Of a stretch of 64,000 bases of DNA, positions 25,641-34,775 are shown one piece after another. The notes under the pieces are model-generated. The model saw only the letters and a list, made by a program, of their open reading frames with translations. It searched no databases and had not been told where the DNA came from. The stretch comes from Deltaproteobacteria bacterium (GTDB lineage Bacteria; Myxococcota_A; UBA9160; SZUA-336). The stretch covers positions 6,053 through 70,052 of the forward strand of contig JANNLG010000171.1 in the NCBI GenBank assembly GCA_031396695.1, read 5' to 3'. The stretch's first letter is position 1. Each line of letters opens with the position of its first letter. The position numbers were made by a program, and so were the translations under genes.

Positions 25641-26524
25641 GGCGGCGTGATGCACTTGCGTGCTCGGTGCTGCTGGCGCTGGCGCCGCTCGTCGGCGGGT
25701 GTCGCGAAGCGGTCACGCTCGAGCCGGGGATCGGCGCGCGCGTCACGCTCGACCGCAGCGAGGCGCGCGTCGGAGATCCGATCGGCGTCACGGTCGAGAT
25801 CGAGACGCCGGCCGGCTTCACGCTGCAGACGCCGCCCGCGCCGGGCGACGGTCCGTTCGCGTCGGACTCCCTGCGCCTGATCGCGCCGATCTCGACGCCC
25901 GCGGGTCTGCGCCACCACTTGCTCTGGGTCGTGCGCGCGCGCGAGGTCGGCGACCAGTCCCTGCCGTGGCTCGAGATTCCGCTCGTGCGGCCCGACGGCG
26001 CGATCCAGCCGCTGCGCGTCGGCGGCGTGCCGCTCGCGGTGCGCTCGGTGCGCGCGGATCTGCCCGCGCGCGAGGCGGTGTTCGACATCCGCAGCGCGCC
26101 GCCGATCGAGCCGACACCGCTCTGGGTATGGGCGCTCTGCGCGGCCGGGATCGGCCTCGCGGTGCTGGCCTTCCGCGCGCTGCGCCGGCGCGCGAAATCG
26201 CTGCAGGCCGCGAGCACCAAGATCAGCGACGCCGGCCGCGCGGCGCTCGCGGAGCTCGCCGAAGCGGAGCGCGACGGCGATGCGCGCTCGTTCGCGGAGC
26301 GCGTGCGCGCGGCGCTGCTCTCGTTCGTGGGCCACGTGTGGAGCGTCGACACCGCCAGCGCGACGCCGGCCGAGCTGTCCGGGGCCGTCGATCGCGAGCT
26401 CGTGCGCATCCTGCACACGCTCGAGCGGGCGCGCTTCGCGAAGCGGCCCGCGCTCGCACCGCTCACACCGCTCGCGTCACAGGCGCGAGAGCGGGTCCGC
26501 CATGTGGCCAATCTCCGCGGCTAG
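25637..26524 (+). CDS. DUF4381-like single-TM protein of Bat operons. The TTG start overlaps the DUF58 stop (TTGA).
   Basis: Real C-terminal part of ORF 25397..26524: (M)RRRDALACSVLLALAPLVGGC..., a lipoprotein-like N-terminus, a central TM (LWVWALCAAGIGLAVLAFRALRRR) and a helical C-terminal domain. Its position between DUF58 and BatA is typical. Confidence 0.55.
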   Translation: MRRRDALACSVLLALAPLVGGCREAVTLEPGIGARVTLDRSEARVGDPIGVTVEIETPAGFTLQTPPAPGDGPFASDSLRLIAPISTPAGLRHHLLWVVRAREVGDQSLPWLEIPLVRPDGAIQPLRVGGVPLAVRSVRADLPAREAVFDIRSAPPIEPTPLWVWALCAAGIGLAVLAFRALRRRAKSLQAASTKISDAGRAALAELAEAERDGDARSFAERVRAALLSFVGHVWSVDTASATPAELSGAVDRELVRILHTLERARFAKRPALAPLTPLASQARERVRHVANLRG

Positions 26525-27542
26525 TGCGCTCGAGTTCGCGGCGCTCGGCGTCGAGGCGCCGGGTCTGCTGCTCGCCGGGCTCGTGTTGGTGGCGATCGCG
26601 CTGCTCGTCGCGCTGGCGCGCGGACCGCGACGCTTGCGCGTGCCGAGTGCCGGTCGCGACGCGGCCTCGTCGCGCGCGCGGCCGGATCTCGCGTTCCTCG
26701 TCTCGGTCGCGCTGCGCTGCGCGGCGCTCGGGCTGCTCGTGCTGACCGCCGCGCGTCCGGTCGGGCTCGTGCCGGAGAACCCCGCGGCCGGCTCGGGTGT
26801 GGATCTGGTGATCGCACTCGACGCGTCGGGCAGCATGCTCGCGCTCGACGGCCAGCTCGACGGCCGCCAGGTCACGCGACTCGAGCTCGCCAAGTCGGCG
26901 GTGTCGGACTTCGTGCACGCGCGCAGCGGCGACCGCATCGGACTGGTCGCGTTCGGCGAGCACGCCTTCACGCTTTGTCCGCTGACGGTCGACCATCGCC
27001 TGGTGCAGGAGTCGCTCGCGCGCGTCGAGGCGGGCCTGGTCGGCGACGCAACCGCGGTCGGCGAGGCGATCGGGCTCGGCACGCAGCGGCTCTCGATCTC
27101 GGGCGGACCCGAGGACGGACAGCGCATCCTGGTGCTGGTCACCGACGGTCGCCACAACTCGGGCAAGCTCGCGCCGCAGACCGCGGCCGAGCTCGCGAAG
27201 CGCGCGGGCGTGCGCATCCACGCGGTCGGCGTCGGAACTTCCGGGCTCGTGCCGTTCGCGCAGCCGGGCGCGGGTGCGCCAATGCGCTTCGAGCGCGTGG
27301 ATCTCGACCGGGACACACTTCAGAGTGTCGCCGCGAGCACCGGCGGACATTTCTTCCACGCGCGTCGACCCGAGGATCTGGGCGGAGTGGCCGCGGCGAT
27401 CGACCGGCTCGAGGCGCGTCCGCGCGCGAGCGAGCCGCGCTACCGCCACGCCTCGCTCGCGCCGCTCTCGCTGTCGCTCGCGCTCGGCTTGCTGCTGCTC
27501 GAAGCCGCGCTCGCGCACGGGCTGCTGCGGCGGCTGCCGTGA
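26502..27542 (+). CDS. BatA-like vWA-domain membrane protein.
   Basis: ATG at 26502 (MWPISAASALEFAALGVEAPGLLLAGLVLVAIALLV...), a vWA MIDAS motif (VDLVIALDASGSMLA...RIGLVAFGEHAF...LVTDGRHNSG) and a C-terminal TM. Confidence 0.8.
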   Translation: MWPISAASALEFAALGVEAPGLLLAGLVLVAIALLVALARGPRRLRVPSAGRDAASSRARPDLAFLVSVALRCAALGLLVLTAARPVGLVPENPAAGSGVDLVIALDASGSMLALDGQLDGRQVTRLELAKSAVSDFVHARSGDRIGLVAFGEHAFTLCPLTVDHRLVQESLARVEAGLVGDATAVGEAIGLGTQRLSISGGPEDGQRILVLVTDGRHNSGKLAPQTAAELAKRAGVRIHAVGVGTSGLVPFAQPGAGAPMRFERVDLDRDTLQSVAASTGGHFFHARRPEDLGGVAAAIDRLEARPRASEPRYRHASLAPLSLSLALGLLLLEAALAHGLLRRLP

Positions 27543-29164
27543 CCACGCTCGTGTGGCTCGCGGCGTGCGCGATCGCTGCATTCGCGGGGCAGGCCGCGAT
27601 TCGAGGCCGTCGTGAGCTGCGCGCGTGGCTCGGCCGCGACCCGACGCCGGTTGCGCGCGCGACGCGGGCGCTCGCGCTGACGCTCGCGGCGCTGCTCTCC
27701 GCGCACGCGCTCGGACTCGCGCTCGAAACGCCCGATCGTCTCTCCGATGATTTCGCCGACGTGGTGATCGCGGTCGACACCTCCACCAGCATGGACGTGA
27801 CCGACGTCGCGCCGTCCCGCCTGCGCCGCGCGCTCCGTACGGCAGAGCGCGCGGTCCAAGAGGCACAAGGGGTGAGGTTCGCGCTGGTCGTGTTCGCCGG
27901 CGAGGCGTTCATCGCGCTTCCGCTCACCCAGGATCGCGACGCCGTGCTCACCTATCTGCGCGCGCTCGACAGCGAGACGATCTCGGTGAAAGGCAGCGAG
28001 CTCGCGCGCGGGCTCGAGGCCGCCGCTCGCGCGTTCGATCCGCGCTCGAGCCGACCGCGCACGGTGCTGCTGTTGACGGACGGCGAGCACTTCGGCCCCG
28101 CGCCCGACGCGCAGATCGCCGCGCTCGGCCGGCTGGCCGCGCAGGTGGTCGCGATCGGCTACGGCACCGAGGAGGGCGGCGCGGTGCCGGGTCAGCTCGC
28201 GCTCGCCGAAGCGGTACGGCGCGGCGAGGCGACCGTGTCTCGGCGTGGCGACGCAGTTCTGCGTCGGGTCGCGTCCGAAACCGGGGGCGCCTATTTCCGC
28301 GAGATCGAAGAGCGCCCCACGACCGCCGATCTGCTGCCGCCGCCCGTGCCGAGCGCGGAGCCCGAGCCGGAGTCGAAGGCCGATCCGCTGCTGCCCTGGT
28401 TGCTGGCGGCCGCGCTCGCACTGCTCGCGGAGCTCTGGCTGTCGGGCCAGCCGGGCGTTCGCATCTCGCGCCCGCGCGCGCGACGGCGTCAACTCGCCGC
28501 CGCGACACTGGCGGGTGTCGCGCTGGCGGGAACCGCCTTCGGCCCGCTCTCGAGCTGGCTCGAACAGGGCGACCAAGCGCTGGCCGCCGGGCGTCCGGAC
28601 GAGGCGCTCGCGCTCTACCGCGAGGCCGAGCGCGCGCGCGGCCCCGACGCGCGAACGCAGATCCGGATCGGCAACGCGTTGTTCCGGCTCGAGCGCATGG
28701 ATCAGGCCGCCAGCGCCTACCTCGAGGCGCTGCGCGCGCTCGCGCCCGACGATCCCGAGGCGCGCTTCGCGGCGAGCTTCAACCTGGGCAACACGCTGGT
28801 CGCGCAGAAGCACTTCGAGGAAGCGCGCGATGCGTACTGGGCCGCGCTGCTCGCGATGCCCGAGAGCCCCGAAGCCAAGTTCAACTACGAGTGGTCGGTC
28901 GAGCGCATTCTCGAAATCCCGCCGGTGCCCGAGACCGAGCCGAACCGCGACGCGCAGAGTGACTCCGAAGCGCCGCAGCCCTCGCCGTCCGGCGACGCGC
29001 CGGGTCGGGGCGAGCCGCAGCCCGCTCCCGGCGGACTCGACGAGCGCGAGGCGCAGGCCTGGCTCGAGACGCTCGAGGAGCCGGTCGGCGAAGCGCTCGA
29101 GCGCCAGGTGACCAACGAATTCGACGGCCAGCCGCGCGCGCGTCCGGGCAGCAAGACGTGGTGA
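27539..29164 (+). CDS. BatB-like vWA-domain protein with C-terminal TPR repeats (a BatB/BatC-type fusion).
   Basis: GTG at 27539 overlaps the BatA stop (GTGA). A vWA MIDAS motif (VVIAVDTSTSMDV...LVVFAGEAF...LLTDGEHFGP), then a TM, then TPR-like helices (ALALYREAERARGPDARTQIRIGNALFRLERMDQAASAYLEALRALAPDDPEARFAASFNLGNT...). Confidence 0.8.
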   Translation: MTTLVWLAACAIAAFAGQAAIRGRRELRAWLGRDPTPVARATRALALTLAALLSAHALGLALETPDRLSDDFADVVIAVDTSTSMDVTDVAPSRLRRALRTAERAVQEAQGVRFALVVFAGEAFIALPLTQDRDAVLTYLRALDSETISVKGSELARGLEAAARAFDPRSSRPRTVLLLTDGEHFGPAPDAQIAALGRLAAQVVAIGYGTEEGGAVPGQLALAEAVRRGEATVSRRGDAVLRRVASETGGAYFREIEERPTTADLLPPPVPSAEPEPESKADPLLPWLLAAALALLAELWLSGQPGVRISRPRARRRQLAAATLAGVALAGTAFGPLSSWLEQGDQALAAGRPDEALALYREAERARGPDARTQIRIGNALFRLERMDQAASAYLEALRALAPDDPEARFAASFNLGNTLVAQKHFEEARDAYWAALLAMPESPEAKFNYEWSVERILEIPPVPETEPNRDAQSDSEAPQPSPSGDAPGRGEPQPAPGGLDEREAQAWLETLEEPVGEALERQVTNEFDGQPRARPGSKTW

Positions 29165-30396
29165 GGGTTCGAGTCGCCGCGCTGCTCGCGCTGGTTGCGC
29201 CGTTCGCGCCGTTCGCGCTCGGGGCGAGCGCCGCGCGCGCCGAACCCGCGCAAACGCTCGAGGTGCAGGTCGCGCTCGATCGCGAGCAGGTCTTCGTGCA
29301 CGAGCAGGCGGTGCTCTCGGTGATCGTGCGTCACACGCCCGATGCACGCGCGAGCTGGGAGCCGCCGCCCTTCGACGGTTTCTGGGCCGAGCGCATCGGC
29401 ACGCGCGGCCTGCCGCCCGACGCGCAGGGACTGCCGCGCACCGAGTTCCGGCGCGCGCTGTTTCCGACGCGCAGCGGCGAAGTCGCGATCGCGGCTTCCA
29501 AGCTCGTGCTCGTCGGCGAGGGCGGCTCGGAGCTCGAGATCCCCGTACCCGGCAGCGTGCTGCGCGTGCTGCCGCTGCCCGCCGAGGTGCCGGAGGGCGC
29601 GCTGGTCGGTCAGCTCGAGGTGCGCGTCAGCGCGAGCGACGATCGCCTGCGCTTGGGCAAAGCGCTCTCGCTCACGATCGAGCTCGCCGGCGAGGGCAAC
29701 GTGTGGGACGCGAAGGCGCCCGCGCTCGAGGCGCTCGTCGGCCCCGACGTCGAGGTGTTCCCCGAGGCCCCGCTGATCTCGATCGGCGAGAGCGCCGGCC
29801 GCGCCACCACGCGCCGCACCTTCCGCTATGCGCTCGTGCCCTCGCGCACGGGCACGCTGCGCGTCGAGCCGGTGCGCTTTCCGTACTTCGACCCGAGCCG
29901 GCGCGCGCTCGCGAGCGCCGAGAGCGCACCCGTGCTCTTCACCGTGTTCGCGGGCAGCGCAGACGCGGAAGAGCGCGCCCCGTGGGAGAACCGGCCCGCG
30001 CTGCGCGAGGCGACGCGCCTGCCGCTCGCCTGGCTCGCGTTCGCGTTCGCGGCCGCGCTCGCGCTCTCGTACTTCCTGCTGTCGCGTCGACGCCGCGCGC
30101 AGGCGGCGCTCGGTCTGACCGGAAGCCCGCCCTCGCCGCGCAAGGCGTTCGAAGCCGCACTCGCGGCGCGCGACACACGCGAGTGTCTGCCGCTGCTCGC
30201 GAACGCCGTGCGCGCCGCGATCACCGTCCGCCACGGCTTCGACGCGGGGACGCTCACGAGCCCGGAAATCGCCTCGCGCAATCCCGATCCGGAAGCGCTC
30301 GCGCTGCTGCTCGCGCTCGACCGCGCGCGCTTCGCGGGCACCGCCCGCGCCGACGACGCGCTGGTCGCCCGCGTGCGCGCGTACCTGAAAGTCTAG
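29158..30396 (+). CDS. BatD-like protein.
   Basis: GTG start overlaps the BatB stop. It has a signal peptide (AALLALVAPFAPFALGASAARA), a beta-rich periplasmic domain, and a C-terminal TM plus cytoplasmic helical domain, which is the typical BatD layout. Confidence 0.7.
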   Translation: MVRVRVAALLALVAPFAPFALGASAARAEPAQTLEVQVALDREQVFVHEQAVLSVIVRHTPDARASWEPPPFDGFWAERIGTRGLPPDAQGLPRTEFRRALFPTRSGEVAIAASKLVLVGEGGSELEIPVPGSVLRVLPLPAEVPEGALVGQLEVRVSASDDRLRLGKALSLTIELAGEGNVWDAKAPALEALVGPDVEVFPEAPLISIGESAGRATTRRTFRYALVPSRTGTLRVEPVRFPYFDPSRRALASAESAPVLFTVFAGSADAEERAPWENRPALREATRLPLAWLAFAFAAALALSYFLLSRRRRAQAALGLTGSPPSPRKAFEAALAARDTRECLPLLANAVRAAITVRHGFDAGTLTSPEIASRNPDPEALALLLALDRARFAGTARADDALVARVRAYLKV

Positions 30397-31391
30397 GAAG
30401 CGTGTTGGCGCTTCGCGCGCGCGTACAAGTCGGGCGTGTTGCCGACGTACGACTCGAGCAGCTCGCGATCGCCGATCGCCGCATCGGCTCGCTCACCGAT
30501 GAAGAAGAGGCCGAGTGCGGCGTCGCGCGCAGCCGGCCGCGACGCGAGCAGGAAATCGAAATACTTCACCCAGAACAACGTGACACGGCAGAGCGTCTTC
30601 ACGGCGAAGCGCGAGCGGCGTCCGCTCGCGAAGCCGAGCAACAGAGATTGGATTGCGTAGCCGAGGGCCGCACCCGGACCGGACGAGACACCCGATGAGA
30701 GCTCGCGGAAGCGCGCGAAGAGCCGCCGGTGCGCGAGGCCCGAGAAGCGGTTGAAGTCGTACGCACCGCCGTGCACCGGCAGCATGAACGGCGTGTCGGC
30801 ATAGACGATTCCCTCCGGCCGCAGCACGCGGTGGATCTCGTCGGCGATGGCCTGCGGATCCACGCCGTGCTCGAGCACACCGTCGACGATCACCGCGTCG
30901 AACGAGCCGTCTGCAAAGGGAAGCGAACGCGGGTCCGAGAGGACACCAACACCCGCGCCCGGAACGCAATCGCACTCGATGCAGGAAAGATCGGGATCCT
31001 GGCGCAGTACCGCGTTTGCGGCGCGCGCGTGCTTTCCGCCGATGTTCAGAATCTCCGGCCGTGCGCTGCGCGCGAACAGCAGGGCCTTGAGCTGCGCCGC
31101 ATTCCGCCGTGCGGCGAGATTCAGATCCAGGCTCGGCAGTGCGCGCAGCGCGAACGCGTGCAGGCGTGATTGCGGTGGCTTTCCCAGTAAACGCTCCGTG
31201 TAGTCGGCGATCCGAAGCACACTCTCGCGCTCGTCGATCAGGACCGGCGCTCCGTCGACGATCGGGAATCGGATCGCGCAGGCGCTCTGGAGACACTCGA
31301 GCTCCGGACCTCGCTCCCCCAGCGCGCCCCGACAGCGCGGGCAGCGCAGTCTCGTCACCGCCACGCGCAGAATCGACCTAGATTCCGTCAT
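30393..31391 (-). CDS. Class I SAM-dependent methyltransferase with an N-terminal Trm112-like zinc ribbon.
   Basis: N-terminal ...RCPRCRGAL...LECLQSACAIRFPIVDGAPVLIDE..., then Methyltransf_11/25 motifs (ILNIGGKHARAA...LPFADGSFDAVIVDGVLEH...LRPEGIVY). Confidence 0.8.
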   Translation of the reverse strand: MTESRSILRVAVTRLRCPRCRGALGERGPELECLQSACAIRFPIVDGAPVLIDERESVLRIADYTERLLGKPPQSRLHAFALRALPSLDLNLAARRNAAQLKALLFARSARPEILNIGGKHARAANAVLRQDPDLSCIECDCVPGAGVGVLSDPRSLPFADGSFDAVIVDGVLEHGVDPQAIADEIHRVLRPEGIVYADTPFMLPVHGGAYDFNRFSGLAHRRLFARFRELSSGVSSGPGAALGYAIQSLLLGFASGRRSRFAVKTLCRVTLFWVKYFDFLLASRPAARDAALGLFFIGERADAAIGDRELLESYVGNTPDLYARAKRQHAS

Positions 31392-31455
31392 TCAGTTGTC
31401 ATTCTAGCTCGGCCATGTGGCAGTATGCCCACGCCATGACGACGAATGAGACTCT

Positions 31456-32946
31456 GTGAGCTCGACCGCTGGGCAAGAGCCACACGTCCTGCTCGTCGAT
31501 CTGAACAACTTCGCGCGCTACCCGACCGTCGCAGTGGGGTTGCTCGCGGCGGTCCTGCGCGACGCCGATCTCGAAGTCGAGGTCCTGTCGCCGCTCGCAT
31601 TCGGCGTTCCCGGCGTGCCACGTGAGCCGCGAGCAGCTCCGTGGGGCGCGGTAGAAGCGAAGCTCCGCTATGCGACCGCGATGTCGCGAAACCCGATCGT
31701 GACTCGTGCGCGCGCAGCGCTCGTGGAGCGTCGACATCCGATCAAGAGCCGCGCCATGCGCATGCTGCTCGAGTCGCTCGAGGCGAAGCTCACGCTCGGA
31801 TGCAACGTGGTGCTGATCTCCGCGTACTTGATGTACTTCGAAGCGTGCCGCGAGATCGCGCGAGTCTGCGCGGCCCGCGGAATTCCGGTGCTCATCGGAG
31901 GCAGCTACTTCTTCCAGCCCGAAGTCGCCAGCGAGTGGACCGGCATTCCGGGCGTGAACGCGGTGGTGGGGGGCGAGGTCGAGCCGTATGTCGCCGAGAT
32001 CGTGCGCGCCGCCGTCGGCGGCAAGGAACTCGGCGGATTCCCGGGCGTCTGGGTAGAAGCGACGCAGACGGCGCCGGCGAGACCTCTGCTCGGTCTCGAC
32101 TCGTTGCCCTTTCCCGACTACAGCGATTTCCCGTGGCACCGCTACCCGGAGCGCATCGTGCCGATCGTCACCGGGCGAGGCTGCGGGTGGGGCGTCTGCA
32201 CGTTCTGCTCCGACGTAACGAGCACAGCGGGCCGAACCTTCCGCTCGCGGGACGCCGGCAACGTGCTCGACGAACTCGAGTTCCAAGCGCGGCGACACGC
32301 CACGCACTTGTTCGTCTTCACCGACCTGAAGTTGAATTCGGACGCGGAGGTCTGGAGCGCGCTCATCTCGCGCACGCGTACGCACGTTCCATCCGCGCGT
32401 TGGATCGGCGCGGTGCACGTCAACGGGGATCGGCCCGACGGCGTGTCGCTCGCCGAGCTCCGCGCGGCAAAGACGTCCGGTATGGTGCGGTTGACGACCG
32501 GACTCGAGTCCGGCAGCCAGCGCGTGCTCGACGACATGCGCAAGGGCACCAACCTAGGCACGACTCGCCGCTTCCTGGAAGATGCGGCCGTCGCGGAACT
32601 GAGCGTCCGACTGACGATGATCGTGGGCTATCCCGGCGAGCGAGCGGAAGACGTCGGGGCGAGTGCGACGTTCGTCGAGGAGAATTCGGCTCGGATCGAT
32701 CGCATTCTCCTGAACCGCTTCGCGCTCATGACCGGAACTCGCCTGCACCGGAACACGGAGCGCGATGCCCACGCGGATCTTGCGTCGGTTCGACCGAACC
32801 ACCGTGTCGCGCTACTCGACCACGAGTTCGAACCCGCGCGCGACCCCGCATACCGGCGCCAGGTGAACCGTCTGATCTCGGCCGTTCATCGCGTGAATCG
32901 CCGACCGATTCGCGAAGGCGCGAGCGAGTTCGAAGGCGTCATGTAG
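31456..32946 (+). CDS. B12-binding domain-containing radical SAM protein.
   Basis: N-terminal B12-binding Rossmann region (HVLLVDLNNFARYPTVAVGLLAAVLRDADLEVEVL...IPVLIGGSYF), then a radical-SAM core whose cluster motif reads C-GWGV-C-TF-C (Cx4Cx2C), and ...VRLTTGLESGSQRVLDDMRKG... Confidence 0.8.
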   Translation: MSSTAGQEPHVLLVDLNNFARYPTVAVGLLAAVLRDADLEVEVLSPLAFGVPGVPREPRAAPWGAVEAKLRYATAMSRNPIVTRARAALVERRHPIKSRAMRMLLESLEAKLTLGCNVVLISAYLMYFEACREIARVCAARGIPVLIGGSYFFQPEVASEWTGIPGVNAVVGGEVEPYVAEIVRAAVGGKELGGFPGVWVEATQTAPARPLLGLDSLPFPDYSDFPWHRYPERIVPIVTGRGCGWGVCTFCSDVTSTAGRTFRSRDAGNVLDELEFQARRHATHLFVFTDLKLNSDAEVWSALISRTRTHVPSARWIGAVHVNGDRPDGVSLAELRAAKTSGMVRLTTGLESGSQRVLDDMRKGTNLGTTRRFLEDAAVAELSVRLTMIVGYPGERAEDVGASATFVEENSARIDRILLNRFALMTGTRLHRNTERDAHADLASVRPNHRVALLDHEFEPARDPAYRRQVNRLISAVHRVNRRPIREGASEFEGVM

Positions 32947-34147
32947 CGAGCGCCCTCTGGAAGAGCGCTTCCAGTCGCCCGACCTGCCGCTCGATCGTGT
33001 GCCGCTCGAGCACCAGCGCGCGCCCGCGTGCGGCCATCTCATCGAGGCGTGGGGCGGAAGTCGCGAGCAATTCGCGCAGCGCGTCGGTCAGGTCGTCGAC
33101 GGCGTCCGGCGACACCAGCCAGCCCGTCTCCCCATCGCGCACGAGCTCCGGAATCGCAGCAACGCGACTCGCGATCACCGGGCGGCCGAGCGCCAGCGCC
33201 TCGATGATCACGACCGGCAGGCCCTCCGCTTGGCTCGGTACGACGACGCCACGTGAACCGAGCAGAGCACTGCGAACCCGAGACTCGTCGGCCCAGCCGT
33301 GCACCGAGACACACCCGCGCAGGTCGAGCGCGTCGAGGCGGGCCTCGATCCCACCGCGAAGCTCCCCATCACCGACGAGCACCAGATCGAACGCAACGCC
33401 CTCGCGCGAAAGTCGTGCGGCGGCGTCGAGCAGTCGTAGTTGACCCTTGCGACCGCTCAGACGACCGACGCAGACCAATCGCTGCGACGCGGGATCGATC
33501 GGAGGAGAGCCGGACAGGAAAGCCGCATCGACACCGCACCGCACGACGCTGAGCTTTGAGCGATCCGCTTCGTCGCACAGCGCGGCTACCTGTTCGAAGC
33601 AATAGTCGCTGATCGCGACGGTGAAGACCGCCGCGCGGACCTTCAGCCGCAGGCCGTCGCGAGCCTCCGGCACGAACTCCTCGGGGCCGTGCACCGTCAG
33701 GCTGTACGGAGTCCCGCCGAACACCTGAATCACGTGCGCCACGGCAGCCGGATGCGTGCCGAAGTGCACGTGCAAGTGGGGTAGCCCGCGCAGAGCGAGC
33801 TCTCGCGCGAGAACGACGGCCTCGAACAGGTAGACGAACGCGTGCCGCAGGCGTCTACCGTCGGCGGGCGCTACGGCGTACGCCGCGAGCCAGGCCGCGA
33901 GCATGCGCCGTGGGTGCGTGACGAAGGCATGCAGAATGTCTCTCGCGATGCGCCGCTTCGACTGCTCGAGAACCACGAAGGTGAGCGCGATCTCCGCGCG
34001 GTCGGCTGCGTCGACGACAGCGTCATGTCCCGAGCGCAGCGAGCAGCGGAAGACCTCGTGTCCGCGCTTCTCCAGCTCGCGGATCTCGCGTCGGATGAAC
34101 GTGTGGCTGGGGTACGGATACCGGTGCGTGAGATAGGCGAGCCGCAT
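32939..34147 (-). CDS. Glycosyltransferase family 4 (GT1-like retaining GT).
   Basis: MRLAYLTHRYPYPSHTFIRREIRELEKRGHEV... and a C-terminal ...SQAEGLPVVIIEALALGRPVIASRVAAIPELVRDGETGWLV..., the EX7E-type GT4 motif. Convergent, with an 8-bp overlap with the rSAM gene. Confidence 0.85.
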   Translation of the reverse strand: MRLAYLTHRYPYPSHTFIRREIRELEKRGHEVFRCSLRSGHDAVVDAADRAEIALTFVVLEQSKRRIARDILHAFVTHPRRMLAAWLAAYAVAPADGRRLRHAFVYLFEAVVLARELALRGLPHLHVHFGTHPAAVAHVIQVFGGTPYSLTVHGPEEFVPEARDGLRLKVRAAVFTVAISDYCFEQVAALCDEADRSKLSVVRCGVDAAFLSGSPPIDPASQRLVCVGRLSGRKGQLRLLDAAARLSREGVAFDLVLVGDGELRGGIEARLDALDLRGCVSVHGWADESRVRSALLGSRGVVVPSQAEGLPVVIIEALALGRPVIASRVAAIPELVRDGETGWLVSPDAVDDLTDALRELLATSAPRLDEMAARGRALVLERHTIERQVGRLEALFQRALAT

Positions 34148-34187
34148 GGCCGCGGCAGTCTAGGGGGCGGCATTGAATTGCGGGTGT

Positions 34188-34775
34188 CTAGTTTTGAGCC
34201 GGCAGATCCTCCGGCCGATTCAGATTCCGCAAACTCGCGAGCTCGGGATCGAGCGCGCGCAGGTCGGCTTCGGGGACGAAGACCGTGTTCAGGTCGCGCA
34301 GCAGCGCTTGCAGCGCGAGCTCGCCGCGCGCGATGCGGCGCTCGAGCTCGGGCAGGATGCGCGGGCGGTAGACGGCGAGCAGCGGCTCGGGGCCGCGTGG
34401 GCCGAGCGGCGCGACCACGTCGGCGCCGCCCTCCGTGGACACCAGCGCGAGCAGCGCGAGCAGCACGCGCGGGTCGATGTCGGGCAGATCGCATGCGGCT
34501 ACTAGCACGGCGCTCGACTCGCAGGCGGCCAGCGCCGCCGCGATGCCGACCAATGGCGCGCGCTCGGCGTGGCGGTCGACGATGCACTCGAGACCGAGCT
34601 CGGGCAGCTCGTCGGGTCGCGCCACGAAGCGCACGCGCTCCAGACACGCGCCGAGCGCGGCCGCGACGCGCGTGGCGAGCGGCGCGCCCTGATAGTGGAG
34701 CGTCGCCTTGTCGCGACCCATGCGCGTGGAGCTGCCGCCGACCAGCACCGCGCCTTCGACGTGCGAGAGCTTCAA
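34188..34775 (-). CDS. mobA: Molybdenum cofactor guanylyltransferase.
   Basis: GAVLVGGSSTRMGRDKATLHYQGAPL... is the MobA N-terminal nucleotide-binding motif. Confidence 0.85.
   Translation of the reverse strand: MKLSHVEGAVLVGGSSTRMGRDKATLHYQGAPLATRVAAALGACLERVRFVARPDELPELGLECIVDRHAERAPLVGIAAALAACESSAVLVAACDLPDIDPRVLLALLALVSTEGGADVVAPLGPRGPEPLLAVYRPRILPELERRIARGELALQALLRDLNTVFVPEADLRALDPELASLRNLNRPEDLPAQN

Noticed and set aside
25610-25660. An apparent 1-nt disagreement between my hand-indexing of the printed sequence and the ORF-track coordinates around the DUF58 stop and the DUF4381 start.
   Set aside because: It is most likely my transcription or counting error at a GCGCGCGC run. Flanking checkpoints (24774, 26280, 26502) agree with the track, so I kept the ORF-track coordinates and did not infer a frameshift.
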